64,000 bases of DNA, from the NCBI GenBank assembly GCA_951406725.2, contig OX597820.1:27838001-27902000 (forward strand), read 5' to 3'. The notes beneath the pieces were generated by a model, which ran no database searches, was not told the DNA's origin, and saw nothing but the letters and a program-made list of their open reading frames with translations. This stretch comes from Octopus vulgaris. Taxonomy: Eukaryota. Position numbers and translations under genes: made by a program. Below are positions 40,174 to 53,800 of this stretch, piece after piece; within the stretch, counting starts at the first letter, position 1, and the number at the start of each line of letters is the position of its first letter.

Positions 40174-40257
40174 ATTTATAAATGCTTCTATTTTACTTAA
40201 TATCGAAGTCTCATTCATTATTTTGTTGTCATATTATCATTATTATTAATACATACA

Positions 40258-40306
<49 letters not shown>

Positions 40307-40366
40307 GTTATGATTTTTTTTGCCAATGTCCTGGTGTGAAATCCTGTTTTGGAACAGTTGTTATTA

Positions 40367-41646
40367 CATTGGAGTGACAAGAAAGTAATTTCATTTTTCG
40401 CAGATAGATAGAGTTACAAACTTTTTGAATGACTTTTTTCAACGTTAGGATGTTTTTCCTTCTGACATTTGACAGCCGTTAGGTTTAGCTTACCTTCAGA
40501 AGCAAATTGCGCGTAATTTTGTTTACAGATATTAGTTCAGTGTCAATTTTAATATGGAGTGCAAAAAACGAATATTTTCATCATATTTTGCTTCTTAATT
40601 TCCGTAAAGTTAAGAAAGCTGCTGAGGCTCACAAAGAGATATGTGAAATTTATGGTGTTGATTGCTTAACAGAATGCACATGTCAGAAATGGTTTTCTAA
40701 AAATTCCGTTCTGGAAATTTTTCTCTAAAAGGTGAGTAACATTCTCTTCAACCTACTGGAGTTGATGATGACCGAATCAAAATAACTGAATCTGGTTATC
40801 ATATAAATGTGCGAGAGATTGCAAAGAGGTTAAATCTATCACACAAAACAAACTGAAAAATCACTTAAAATAACTTGGATTCGTTAAGAAGCTCGATATT
40901 TGGGTTCCACATAAATTGAAAGATATTCACTTAACACAACGAACCAATATTTGCGATATGTATCTCAGACGCAACGAAATCGATCTTTTTTTAAGTAAAT
41001 CATCACTGGTGATGGAAAGTGGATTGTCTACAATAAAATCAATCGAAAACGATCATGGTCCCAGCGGAATAAACCAGTAGAGACCAGATCGACAGCTGAA
41101 TTGCAGCAAAAAAAGGTCATGCTGTCAATTTGGTGGGATTACGAAGGTGTTGTGCATTTTGAGCTGTTTCCATGAAACCAAACAATCAATGCAAATGTTT
41201 ACTGTAAACAACTAATGAAATTGGAGGGACCAATCAAAGATAAACGGCCAGAATTGGCACATCGTAAAGGAATCATGTTCCACCATGACAACGCTAGTCT
41301 ACACACATCTCTTCTAACTCGTGAAAAATTGTTGGAGCTTGGTTGGGAGATGATATCACATCAGCCAAATAGTTCTCACCTTGCACCGTCAGATTACCAT
41401 TTATTTCGAAGTTGGCAAAATTCTTTGAATAATAAAACTTTCAATGACCTGAAATCGCATTTGCTTGTTTTGGGGTGACAAGGACCAGACATTCTATAAG
41501 CGCGGAATCATGAAGTTGTCGGGAAAATGGCAAAAGGTCATCAAACAAAATGGGAAATGTATAACTGATTAAACTTCATTCTTTGTATGAAAAAATTACT
41601 TTTATTTCACACTAAAAACCGAAATTACTTTGTAGCCAGTTCAATA
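40367..41646 (+). mobile_element. Full-length mariner transposon (~1.28 kb), transposase pseudogenised
   Basis: Imperfect ~30-bp TIRs sharing AAAGTAATTTC. ATG near 40554, then WVPHKL, ITGDGKWIVY, HHDNA and NSSHLAPSDYHLF motifs with frameshifts and stops. Confidence 0.93.
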
Positions 41647-42445
41647 TTTCAGGATAAGAATAATAATATACTAGTGAAAACGAATTTATAATGCAAGTGT
41701 CTATTTGGCAAAAGACAAAAAAAAAATCCTGAAATATAATAATGCATATATACATATGAATATATATAATTGTGTGTTTCTTTTACGTGTCTGCATGTGT
41801 TCTTTAATTTGCGCGTAATTGTACATGGTATTTGTAAAATGCTTTTATTTTCTGTAAAATTTAAAGCTCAAAGTTTTGCTTACATTGCAATGTGTATATG
41901 ACGCTCCAAACCTTTACAGACAGTGAAGCGCATTCACACAATATGCATACACATTCACACACAGATACACACATACATTCACACACACACAGAAATAGAA
42001 AACTTAACACATACAAACACACCGCCACATAAACACTCAAATCCATTATATACTATAAACAACATATAAGTATCTAATTAATATAAAATGTTTTCAAACA
42101 TGTCTCCAGGAACTAAATATAGATTAGAACATAATTCATAAACTGTTCTTGTCGGAATATTTCAGCAACATCACAAAAACATATCATAAAATAGAAAATA
42201 AACATGAAAGTCCATAATAATATGAGATCATAAAACGAGAGTTTCACATGGTTTCAAAACCTTTAATATATATTAACTAGCACGTAAAAAATCCATTAAG
42301 ATTGTTTTGCATAAACGAAGACATTGACAGAAAATAAAACACTGTAAAATTGTATGCAAGAGGAAGGGGTGCTAGGGATGATGGAGAATATGGATATACA
42401 ACATTCATACATACATACATGCATACAGCCCCTCAGCACACTCCA

Positions 42446-42522
<77 letters not shown>

Positions 42523-42699
42523 TATGCCTCATTATACATGTAAACATCCAAAAACGCAAACATATACGTATGTGTGTGTATGCCTAAAGGAATGTAGACA
42601 CCTTGATTCACAAAATATGTACACAGAACATGGCATATTGCTATTGTGCGAACACTAAAGCAAGGAACTTGTATTACATTATACAATATAAAGATATTA

Positions 42700-42862
42700 T
42701 AAGGAGGCGCGCAGGCAGAAACGTTAGCACGGGTGAAATGCTTAAAAGCAGTTCGTCTGTCTTTACGTCCTGAGTTCAAACTACGCCGAGGTCGACTTTG
42801 CCTTTTATCCTTTTGGGGTCGATAAATTAAGTACCAGTTGCGTACTGCGCTCGATCTAATCA
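42700..42862 (+). mobile_element. SINE family A, 3'-truncated
   Basis: Head and core present. Confidence 0.8.
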
Positions 42863-42929
42863 AAATATATATTATACAATATAAAGGTAATATAAGATTA
42901 TATATATATATATATAATCAAGGATAAAA

Positions 42930-43545
42930 TATTTATACGATTATATCAAGCAGCCTGCATCAAGAAATCGATCTATAGTTAAACCTCTTTTAAGAAATCT
43001 TTTTTATTCACTATCCTTACTTCCAATCCGTGCTAATGGAGCAAGTAACTGTAGTTCTTGATCCATTTGACGTCTATTTCTAGCATGTGGCACTATTCTT
43101 TAACACTATTATTATATTTATATAAATATACACTATTATTATATTTATATAAATATACACACGTGTATTAATTATTACCTATATGGTTCATTACATGCTG
43201 GCAACTTGGTGAAATATTACAAAGATATCCTTGATTACTAAATAAATAAATACAAATTGTTCCGACCAGAAAATTCACTGTGGTATTATTTTCAGTCGTC
43301 TATGCACGTGTCGAGGTGAATGAATTGGATTTAGCACGTATATAAACGTGAAAATTCGTACGTATATATTATTATGGATACGTGATATTCGTATCGGTAT
43401 GTATAGATGTTTATAGTTATGTGCAACTGGTCATACTATACTGATGAAGTAGGGAAATTTAATGTCTCGTATCTAGAAATCGATCTATAGTTAAACGTCT
43501 TATCCACTTTCCTCGCTTTCAATCCGTGCTAATGGAGCAAGTATA
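42930..43545 (+). mobile_element. Second hammerhead-containing partial tandem (512-bp period)
   Basis: AGAAATCGATCTATAGTTAAAC...CAATCCGTGCTAATGGAGCAAGTA is repeated at 42963 and 43475. Flanked by (TA)n and (TATC)n. Confidence 0.6.
43435..43491 (+). ncRNA. Minimal type I hammerhead-like motif
   Basis: Helix I ACTATA/TATAGT; CTGATGA 43441-43447; helix II TAGG/TCTA offset by 2 nt; GAAA-TCGA-TC with palindromic ATCGAT. Confidence 0.6.
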
Positions 43546-43549
43546 TTTC

Positions 43550-43652
<103 letters not shown>

Positions 43653-43659
43653 CTCTCTC

Positions 43660-43720
<61 letters not shown>

Positions 43721-44382
43721 CTATGTGTGTGTGTGTGTGTGTATGTGTGTAATGTGGCACAGAACCTCCCAAAACTAAAAGCTATTATTGATATATCGTC
43801 TTAGAAGACAATTCTGTTCTATCAATACATATAAGCAACCTCTTCAATGAAATTTTTTAACATGGTCAAACTTGCGAGGATAAAAGGCAATTCATTCAGA
43901 CCACGAGATATAAAAGATTCAGAAATGAGAAGCATTTCAAACATCATCAACTGTCTAACGGATGTGACTATGATTTCGGCGCGTGGGCGGTATCATTCAA
44001 TGCGGTGGTATCAAAAACATTAAAGATAAACAGCGCCTGGAAATCCATAAACAAGTAGCAGGAACGAAACATTAGCGTAAGATACCCATTACAGCTACAT
44101 TTCTTAAGTATTAGAAACATCGACATCAAATATAAGCAAAATTACTATCAATTTATATTTTCAAAGCTGGAAGGTAAAATTGCTATCGATAAAAAAACAT
44201 AAATTACTTCTAACAGTATATAGTGTTATCTCAAAAACTATAGAAGACTATAGTACCAGCGAATGAAACGTATTCACTACAATTTACTGAAACATAGATA
44301 CATAGTATGGGAATTAATGACAAGCCCCTGAATAAGAAACATAGAACTTCAAGCATATAGGTTAATTTATGAATATATATAT

Positions 44383-44891
<509 letters not shown>

Positions 44892-45374
44892 CATACATAC
44901 ATACATACATACATACATACATACATACATAGGTAGGTAGGTAGATAGATAGAGATAAATAGAAATACAAACATACACTTATACATATATACATACACAC
45001 ACATATGACTAGAATAGATAAGAGAAGTGAGATGAGGGACTAGATGAAGTACACATTCATGGAATAAATATCAATTTCTTACATATGCGTATATGTATGA
45101 ACTAAATCTGAGAAGTCCCTGTTCCGGTTTTCCACGCTTGTTCGATTTTCATCAGGTTCTATGGATTGCGTGCATTTAACGAGCGATTAATGCGCTATAA
45201 CTATGCTCAAAAGCGACTAATGCGTGTGCTCACAACAATACCAAGAAGAACCTATGCAGCCGCCAGACGACTCACAATCACTCATTTGCGATTTACGACA
45301 AGAAAATCCATCATCCATCATATATATGTTAAATATATATAGACATACATACACACAGGCATGTGTAGATGTAT

Positions 45375-45405
<31 letters not shown>

Positions 45406-45420
45406 CATCCTTATATATAT

Positions 45421-45617
45421 ATTCGCCGTGATAGATCGCTAGCCACTACACATTCTTTATTTTCTCCCCTTGTTTCTTTCTGTGTTCCTTTCTGTGGAAG
45501 AGCGTAGGCTCGAAACGTTAAAGACTTTTTCACTTCCCGAGCGTTATACTAATACTGTTTGTTGTCTACACCACCTGTCATTCGTCTTTTGTTTTTTTTT
45601 TTTTGTGAATTCGCCCT
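45421..45617 (+). mobile_element. Probable Penelope-like pLTR fragment with variant-core hammerhead (45488-45523)
   Basis: CTTT-CTGTGGAA-GAGC(GTAG)GCTC-GAAA-CG-TT-AAAG, between TA-rich microsatellites. Confidence 0.5.
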
Positions 45618-45623
45618 ATCTAT

Positions 45624-45718
<95 letters not shown>

Positions 45719-45773
45719 CATAGATAGATAGACAGATAGATAGATAAATAGATAGATAGATAGATAGAGAGAC

Positions 45774-45827
<54 letters not shown>

Positions 45828-46179
45828 TGATAGATGCAGATGTATTCATATATATATGTGTGTATTTATCCGTCACTTTCTATTCGTGTTTGTGTAATTT
45901 GTTTTTGATGAAGAAAAATAAAATGTTTTTTGATGGAATGAAACTTAGACAGAAAACTTAATACTAAGAGAATTATTTAGTAGAACTACTGTCTAAAGTT
46001 GTGTTTGGATGTAGAATAATATAGTTATATGTTTATTGTAAGTGTTTGAATTGTACGACTTTTTCAAACATTTTTACATACATATATTGAATAATTTATA
46101 TCTGCTATAGTTTGTCCACATCACTACTTGCTTCCTTTGTCCATATCATACTTTTATAACACGTACGCATAGATTATAC

Positions 46180-46261
46180 ACATAATGATGAGGATAATAA
46201 TAATACCAATAACAACAACAACCACAAACACAACAACAACAACAACAACAATAACAATAAC

Positions 46262-46317
<56 letters not shown>

Positions 46318-46346
46318 TAAAAATAACAACAATAATAATAATAATG

Positions 46347-46404
<58 letters not shown>

Positions 46405-46628
46405 TAATAATAATTTCAATTATAGGCACACGGCCTGAAATTTCGGGGCCAAGTCGATTACATCGATTACTCGACCCAAGTGTTTCACTGGTACTTAATT
46501 TATCGGCCCCGAAAGGATGAAAGGCAAAGTCGACCTCGGCTACTGCTACTTCTACTCATTATTAAAAGGATTTGTAGTAGTAGTGGCAGCATGTGTAGCT
46601 ACTGCTGCAGTAGCAACGACGGTGGGGC

Positions 46629-46713
<85 letters not shown>

Positions 46714-46762
46714 GGTGGTGGTGGTAGTAGTAGTAGTAGTAGTGGTGGTGGTGGTGGTGGTG

Positions 46763-46798
<36 letters not shown>

Positions 46799-46804
46799 GT
46801 TGTT

Positions 46805-46860
<56 letters not shown>
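46180..46860. repeat. (AAT)n and (AGT)n/(GGT)n microsatellites with a family A SINE 3' fragment (46410-46540, minus)
   Basis: Direct reading. Confidence 0.9.
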
Positions 46861-46861
46861 T

Positions 46862-47990
46862 TCTTGACTCAGGTTTGGTCTTACTCTTAGTAGGATTTAT
46901 GTGGGTAGTGGTCTACTCCCTGTTTACTTTAGATATCCACATAATTTAAATAAGCCATAAAGTACTCAAAACCCTTCTGATGTTCTTGCCTGTTCCCAAG
47001 AAGTAAACCTCTTTTAGAAGCTCTACACGACATTTCATTCCAGTCTCCTTTATCCATTTGAATGTGTCACTCACAGTCCCTAAAGCATCAGTTATTATCT
47101 CAGGTACAACCTTATCAGATTTTGTGTTCTAAATCTTCGCAATCTCAAATTTGAAGGGTGTAAAATTTTTTCTATTCATGTGCTTTTCTCAAACACACAA
47201 AAACTATAATATCTGTATTGCTATATTTCATCTTATCCGTTTCAATGGAAAAAATACCCAACATTTTGGATGTTTACGACTCAAGTACTTTTTCTACCCG
47301 ATGATTTTATCATGTACATCATCCTTGAAACCACCATCATTGACAAAACTTCCATTGTGAGACTTTCAGAAGTTTATTATGACTTCATATTCTATATTCT
47401 CCATGGGCCACCTTGGGACATTCTGCAACAATGTGTACCTTTGTTTCCTTCCAAAATCAAATGTTGTATATTTAAGCCAAACTTCTCAACAAATATGTTT
47501 TTCTAATTATTTATTTGCGGAGCTTCATCTTGAGCATCCACCAGTTTCATTATTAGCCCGTTTGGCAATTCAAATGTCTGGATTATTTCTGTAGCTGCAA
47601 TTTTTTTTTCCTGCAAAATCATTTGTTATTTACCTTGAAAGACCACTTCGTGTTATATTTTTCCGTTGCATGTTTTTGCTGCTATACACTTCTTAAGTTT
47701 TACTTTTGCTTGCAAGTTGTTCACTATATTTATTCATGATATAGTTTTTATTTAGGCCTTTTCCTTCATATGCATGCAGGACCCCTTTTTTTTATATTTC
47801 ACATAGGATAGGGCTTCTCTGTTTTACAAAAAGCTGTGCTACAATTTCTTTCTATTTTGGTATTTGGGGTTTGATTGGGAGATTTCTTTGTTAAGTCCAT
47901 GCCCGCTTTCACTTAATATGGTTGTAGCTACTAACTATATCAGATCATTTATCCTGTTGATATCCATGCAGCTTATTGTCACCAAACTAA
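46862..47990 (-). mobile_element. RLE-type LINE fossil (R4/Dong-like C-terminus)
   Basis: Minus frames give DNKLHGY, TKVHIVAECPKV (zinc knuckle end), and VVPEIITDALGTV...ELLKEVYFLGTGKNIRRVLST. The 3' UTR ends at (ACT)n. The 5' boundary is uncertain. Confidence 0.75.
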
Positions 47991-48487
47991 GACCTTGCAG
48001 GTATTTATCATATGTATTCTTCCATAAAGATCTCTATTCACACGTGGATTATTAAGGTAAGCACGTCGATTCTACTTTATTGAAAACGCTTTCAAATAAC
48101 GTTTGGTGTGAAAATATATTTATACTTCTTGTACATTCAGTAAGTAACGCTAAATATCCAACTGAACTGGCACCAAACAGATTGTTTACTCCAGTGAATG
48201 GATTTGTTCAGATATTTTAGACACATTGCTAATATTCTCAAGCAAAACTAACTCATAAGATTCATTCACAATACAATATATATTTACGCAGAAATGAAAT
48301 ACCACACAGAAAAACAGATTTTTTATATCAACAACAAAATAATACCCATACTCACCATCCTTGCTACAATTGATAAGAGAATGTTTTACTTTTTTACTTC
48401 CATTACTCGCTAGCAACTTATAAATTAAATACTAATCACCTACTTACGAAATTCTGGTTAGTTAATTATCTGTCACTCTGCCAAACG

Positions 48488-48518
<31 letters not shown>

Positions 48519-49555
48519 CTATAAAAATGTATTTGGCTTTTTCAGAACACAGTAAAACAAAAATTAATTCGCCCTTTCTCCAACTTAACCTATATTTACG
48601 CGAGTTTCTACTTCCAAAAACCATTAAAACCATTAACTAACCACTGTTTATCTGCACCCAATCGCTTGCAATCATCACAATTCTCTAGACACAGCTGTAC
48701 AACTACTACACATCTACATCCTACATATTAAACCTTGGCTTCGAATCAATAGATTTAAGTTAACACCCACGAAATCCAACACATTTTATTTTAACTGCAA
48801 CACCAGAGAATATTGAATATAAGAAAAAAAATACGTGCAACTCCATAGACGTAACCATATACACAAAAGGTGAATCTTTTCCCTCTTACGTACAATATAA
48901 CTAGAGAAATCAAATATTACATAACATACAGTGTAATGAAAACAAAATAATGCACAAATGCACGTAGATCACTCTTATCTCTCCATTTGGTCACGGAAAG
49001 AAAAGGAACGACATAAATATATAATCAATAGATTTGATCTATCGTGGGTTATAAGAGTTCGATTTGGGCCCTCATCTCTACGCAACAAACCTAAACAAAC
49101 CAACCTTTGTTTACTCCATTATATGTTAGATGTTAGGACATTATCGATAAAGTTTGTATATATAGTAGGCTAGCATATCATATCAAAGTGTATCGATCTC
49201 TATTCCGATCTTGCCATAACCACTAACATATTTTTGATACTGTTACCAGGATTTAACAGTAGTTAAACATTCCTGGCTACTTTTGGCAGAGTATTCAAGG
49301 CAGCAATTGAACTTCAAAGTCTCCATTGTGTAACTCCTTGAAACAGTTCTGCAAAGTGCTGCCGTAAAATTCCAAATATCTGCCTAGAATCTGGCATCAA
49401 AGGCATATAGTGCTACGCTATGCTCTATACTGAATTTTAATTACGCCGCCATGTCGTCTACTCGTCGGAGGTTATTACTCCTTCGTTTCAATCAGATAGT
49501 TCAATAACTTGGATGGCCATCTTTACCTTCGTATTTCGTGTCAAACAAATGTTCG

Positions 49556-49725
49556 AGCGTAGGAGTGGATGTGTGGTAAGTAGCCTGCTTACGAACCGCA
49601 TGGTTCCGAGTTCAGTTCCACTGTGTGGCAACTTGAGCAAGTGTATTCTACTATAGACTCAGGCCGACCAAAGGCTTGTAAGTGAATTTGGTAGATGGAA
49701 ACTGAAAAGAGCCCGTCGTATATAA

Positions 49726-49792
<67 letters not shown>

Positions 49793-50063
49793 TATATATA
49801 TACATATATATATACATATATATATGTGTGTGTGTGTGTGTGTTTGTATGTCTGTGTTTGTCCCCCACCCATCATCGCTTGACAACTGATGCTGGCGTGT
49901 TTACGTCCCCGTAACTTAGCGGTTCGGCAAAAGTGACCGATAGAATAAGTACTAGGCTTATGAACAATAAGTCCTCGGGTTGATTTGCTCGACTAAAGGC
50001 GGTGCTCCAGCACAGCCGCAATCAAATGACTGATACAAGGAAAAGAGTAAAAGAGTAAAAGAG
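49556..50063 (+). mobile_element. SINE family B, full length, with internal (TA)n(TG)n
   Basis: tRNA-like head, CORE-like CTTGAGCAAGTG, and tail GGCGGTGCTCCAGCA...AAATGACTGA ending in (GTAAAAGA)n. Confidence 0.92.
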
Positions 50064-50125
50064 CGGTATTTTCCTCACTAGTATAGCGAACGTGTTACCT
50101 TTCATAATCGCCTCTTCCAAACTGC

Positions 50126-50374
50126 CTCCTTCCAACAACACAAATAACAGCATCCTCATTATTGTGATCATCACTATTCTCACGATGATGAGGATTAATA
50201 CGTTATCTTCCTCACATTTTTATCACCATCACCATCCATTATCATCTTCCGCAGCATCAACATCATCGGTGTCCTCGGTTTGCGTCATGGACACTGCCAT
50301 CATTATTATCACCCCTCCCACATCATCATCATAACCATCGTTACTATTACCCTCCCATCATCATCGTCACCCTC

Positions 50375-50421
<47 letters not shown>

Positions 50422-50851
50422 GTTGAAGACGTCCTTGCTATGTTGTACAATTAGAAAATCAATATAAGATGACCGGAATGACCGGTAAATACGAAGGGAG
50501 GAGGCTTGCTGTGCATTTATGGTCTCCCTAGGCTATGGATTTTGATTGATTAGATAATTAGCAAACAATTAAGGCATTTCCTTTCTGTTTTTTTTTTAAT
50601 TCTCCTTCCAACAACACAAATAACAGCATCTTCATTATTGTGATCATCACTATTCTCACGATGATGAGGATTAATACGTTATCTTCCTACATTTTTATCA
50701 CCATCACCATCCATTATCATCTTCCGCAGCATCAACATCATCGGTGTCCTCGGTCGGCGTCGATATCATCGCCATCATTACCGTCACCCCTCCCACATCA
50801 TCATCATAACCATCGTTACTATTACCCCTCCCATCATCATCATCACCCCTC

Positions 50852-50898
<47 letters not shown>

Positions 50899-50910
50899 GT
50901 TGAAGACGTC
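50126..50910 (+). repeat. ~308-bp direct duplication flanking a 168-bp unrelated insert
   Basis: Repeats at 50126-50433 and 50602-50910; insert at 50434-50601. Confidence 0.88.
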
Positions 50911-50982
50911 GGCATCGTCGTCATCATCACCCCTCCCATCATCATCATCATGAGTCATCATCAATACAATCTTTACAATCAC

Positions 50983-51043
<61 letters not shown>

Positions 51044-51552
51044 CCCGTTATTATCATTCTCCTCTTGTTCCACGTCATCGTTGTCATTATCAACTATAAC
51101 CATTCTCGTCGTCGTCATAAACGCCCCCGCGCGCCCACACACAAACTCACACACATATACCCACACCCACACCCACACGCACAACATCATAGTCAATTCT
51201 ATTTTCATTTCACCGATATATTCATTATGAGAGCGATCGCTATAGAAACCGCCATCACTGACAATGAATATATCCATGATGTTAATATTCTGCAACTGAC
51301 CTTTCTCCTCCTAAGAAATAATGCAATCTAGCTGTTGCTCTTTATACTGCTATAACGAAGTTTTCCATCTGTCAATTTGTTATTAAAAATATCAAATGCA
51401 ACAAGAACATCACATCTGAAAATGGCTACCGCATGGTTTTATTACTTGTGTTGTAACTTTCTCTCCCATCTCTCTGTATAGATAATTGTTGTGCTGAACG
51501 CTTTAACTGTTTGAATACTTGGTAATAGTAGATCGCATCACAAAAGTATTCT

Positions 51553-52153
51553 TATTTCTTTATTGCTCACAAGAAGCTAAACATAGAGCGGACGAATAAG
51601 GACAAACAAAGGGATTAAGTCGATTAAATCAACCCCAGTGCGTAACTGGTTCCTAATTTTTCGACGCCGAAGGGATGAAAGGCAATGTCTACATCAGCGG
51701 AATTTGAACTCAGAACGTAACGGCAGATGAAATACCTATTTCTTTACTGCCCACAAGGGGCTAAACACAGAGAGGACAAACAAGGACAGACAAACGGATT
51801 AAGTCTATTACGTCGACCCCACTGCGTAACTGGTACTTATTTAATCGACTCCGAAAGGATAAAGTGTAAAGTCGACATCGGCGGAAGTTAAACTCAGAAC
51901 GTAGCTGCAAACGAAATACCTATTTCTTTACAACCCATAAGGGGCCAAACATAGAGTGGACAAACAAGGACAAACAAAGGAATTAAGTCGATTAGATCTA
52001 CCACAGTGCGTAACTGGTACTTATTTAATCGACCCCGAAAAGATGAAAGGCAAAGTCGACCACGGCGAAATTTGAACTCAGAACGTAGCGGCAGACGAAA
52101 TACCGCAAAGCATTTCGCCCGGCGTGCTAACGTTTCTTCCAGCTCACCGCCTT
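51553..52153 (-). mobile_element. Family A SINE trimer (184-bp period) with a single flanking TSD
   Basis: Unit ends at 51553, 51737 and 51921; junctions GAAATAC|CTATTTC. TSD TCACAAAAGTATTCT (51538-51552) / TCACAGGAGTATTCT (52154-52168). Confidence 0.9.
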
Positions 52154-52922
52154 TCACAGGAGTATTCTTTACAACAACGGATTTTCATTTGCATTGCAGC
52201 TTGTTATTCCGTCACACGAAGAAACAGAAGAAAATATATTTGGAAATTTTTATAAATATTTCATGATGTAAAGATACAATATACACGATATTTTAGCGAT
52301 AAAAATCCATTCGAATATTGAAAATCGCTACGCATAATAGACGCTAAAATGGGAATATTTACAAAGGTCACAGAATCAACACATAGCTAACGATTTTGCA
52401 ATACATTATCGCAAGGAATACGCCGTTCCTGTTTATACAACACCCTTACAGAAAACACACAGGGAAATCAGAACGTGATTGACAGGGGATCAAGCGGGAA
52501 GGTCAACACAGCATTCATTAATCAAAATGTGTCTACAGATGTCTGTAGAAGTGTATGTATGTAAGTGCATGAACATGTGTATGTGTGTGTGTGTGAGTGC
52601 GTGTATGGGTATGTGTTTGTGTGAAAGTGTGCGTATGCGTGTGAGTTTATGTCTATGTGTGATGGGACGTGTATACGACCGAACCAAATATTTATTTTTA
52701 AATAATGAACAAAATATTCGCATGGATTGTGAATTAGTTCAAGATACATCATATTGTCTACACAGTGAAAGAATAATTGGATATAGTTAATTCCTGAAAC
52801 GCAGTATAACATGAACATATGTCTTCTTGCTGAAAGCCTTCTACTACAAAATATGTTTCAAGAGTCATATATATATATGAATAACTGAAAGAATGGAGTC
52901 GAACGAAGATGTTAACAAAATT

Positions 52923-53015
52923 CCTTTACTCTCGACATATGTTTCGAAGACAACATGGTTTCATTCCAAAGGAATAAAGGGTGTAAGATGCAATCTTCTC
53001 ATCAGGAAAGAAAGG
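52923..53015 (-). ncRNA. Minimal type I hammerhead ribozyme, intact
   Basis: rc: CCTTT-CTTTC / CTGATGA / GAAGAT...GTCTTC / GAAA / C-ATAT-G / TC / GAGAG-T-AAAGG. All core nucleotides and three helices are present. Confidence 0.85.
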
Positions 53016-53707
53016 GAGCCTCTCTCGGCAACAAGACAAACAAAAATTTCGATGACCGCCTACATGGTAAATAAAACGATAATAAGTGTCTTTTAAAAAA
53101 ACCGTTAGAAGAATTGACGTCAAAGTTAGATAGTAGGAAGAGAAGTGTTAAAGGAATGATAGGTAGGGAACCAGTGGAAAGGGAAGGGTACGTTGATTAA
53201 GAATGTTCAAAGGCTTAGGAAAGAATTTCGCTATTGATGTGGAGTGCACGTTAAGTTAATTGTTCAAAGCACGATGCCTATCGTAATCATTTTAAGAGCA
53301 GGAGATTTTGCAACATTTGCAACTCTGATCTCTTCCATATCCTCTTCTCTAACGTTCCCCTTGTAAACACACTCATAGAGAAATCGTATGAATGTAAGCA
53401 CTGGCAGAAACATACTTTTTACTCATACAAATGATTACGATAGGCATCGTGCTTTGAACAATTAGCTTAACGTGCACTCCACTTCAAAAGCGAAATTCTT
53501 TCCTAAGCCTTTGAACATTCTTAATCAACGTACCCTTCCCTTTCCACTGGTTCCCTACCTATCATTCCTTTAACCCTTCTCTTCCTACTATCTAACTTTG
53601 ACGTCAATTCTTCTAACGGTTTTTAAAAAAAAAACACTTATTATCGTTTTGTTTACCATGTAGGCGGTCATCGAAATTTTTGTTTGTCTTGTTGCCGAGA
53701 GAAGCTC

Positions 53708-53800
53708 CCTTTCTTTCCTGATGATAAGATTACATCTTACACCCTTTATTCCTTTGGAATGAAACAATGTTGTCTTCGAAACATATGTCGAGAGTAAAGG
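53708..53800 (+). ncRNA. Minimal type I hammerhead ribozyme, first helix II pair broken
   Basis: CTGATGA 53718-53724, GAAA 53778-53781, CATATG, TC 53788-53789. T53725 replaces the G of the first helix II pair. Confidence 0.75.

Noticed and set aside
41215-41478. Active transposase or SETMAR-like gene
   Set aside because: Fragment of a mariner with multiple stops and frameshifts, and no SET domain.
46480-46890. Ser/Gly-rich ORF
   Set aside because: (AGT)n/(GGT)n microsatellite preceded by a SINE fragment.
50640-50903. His-rich ORF
   Set aside because: (CAT)n tract within a local duplication.
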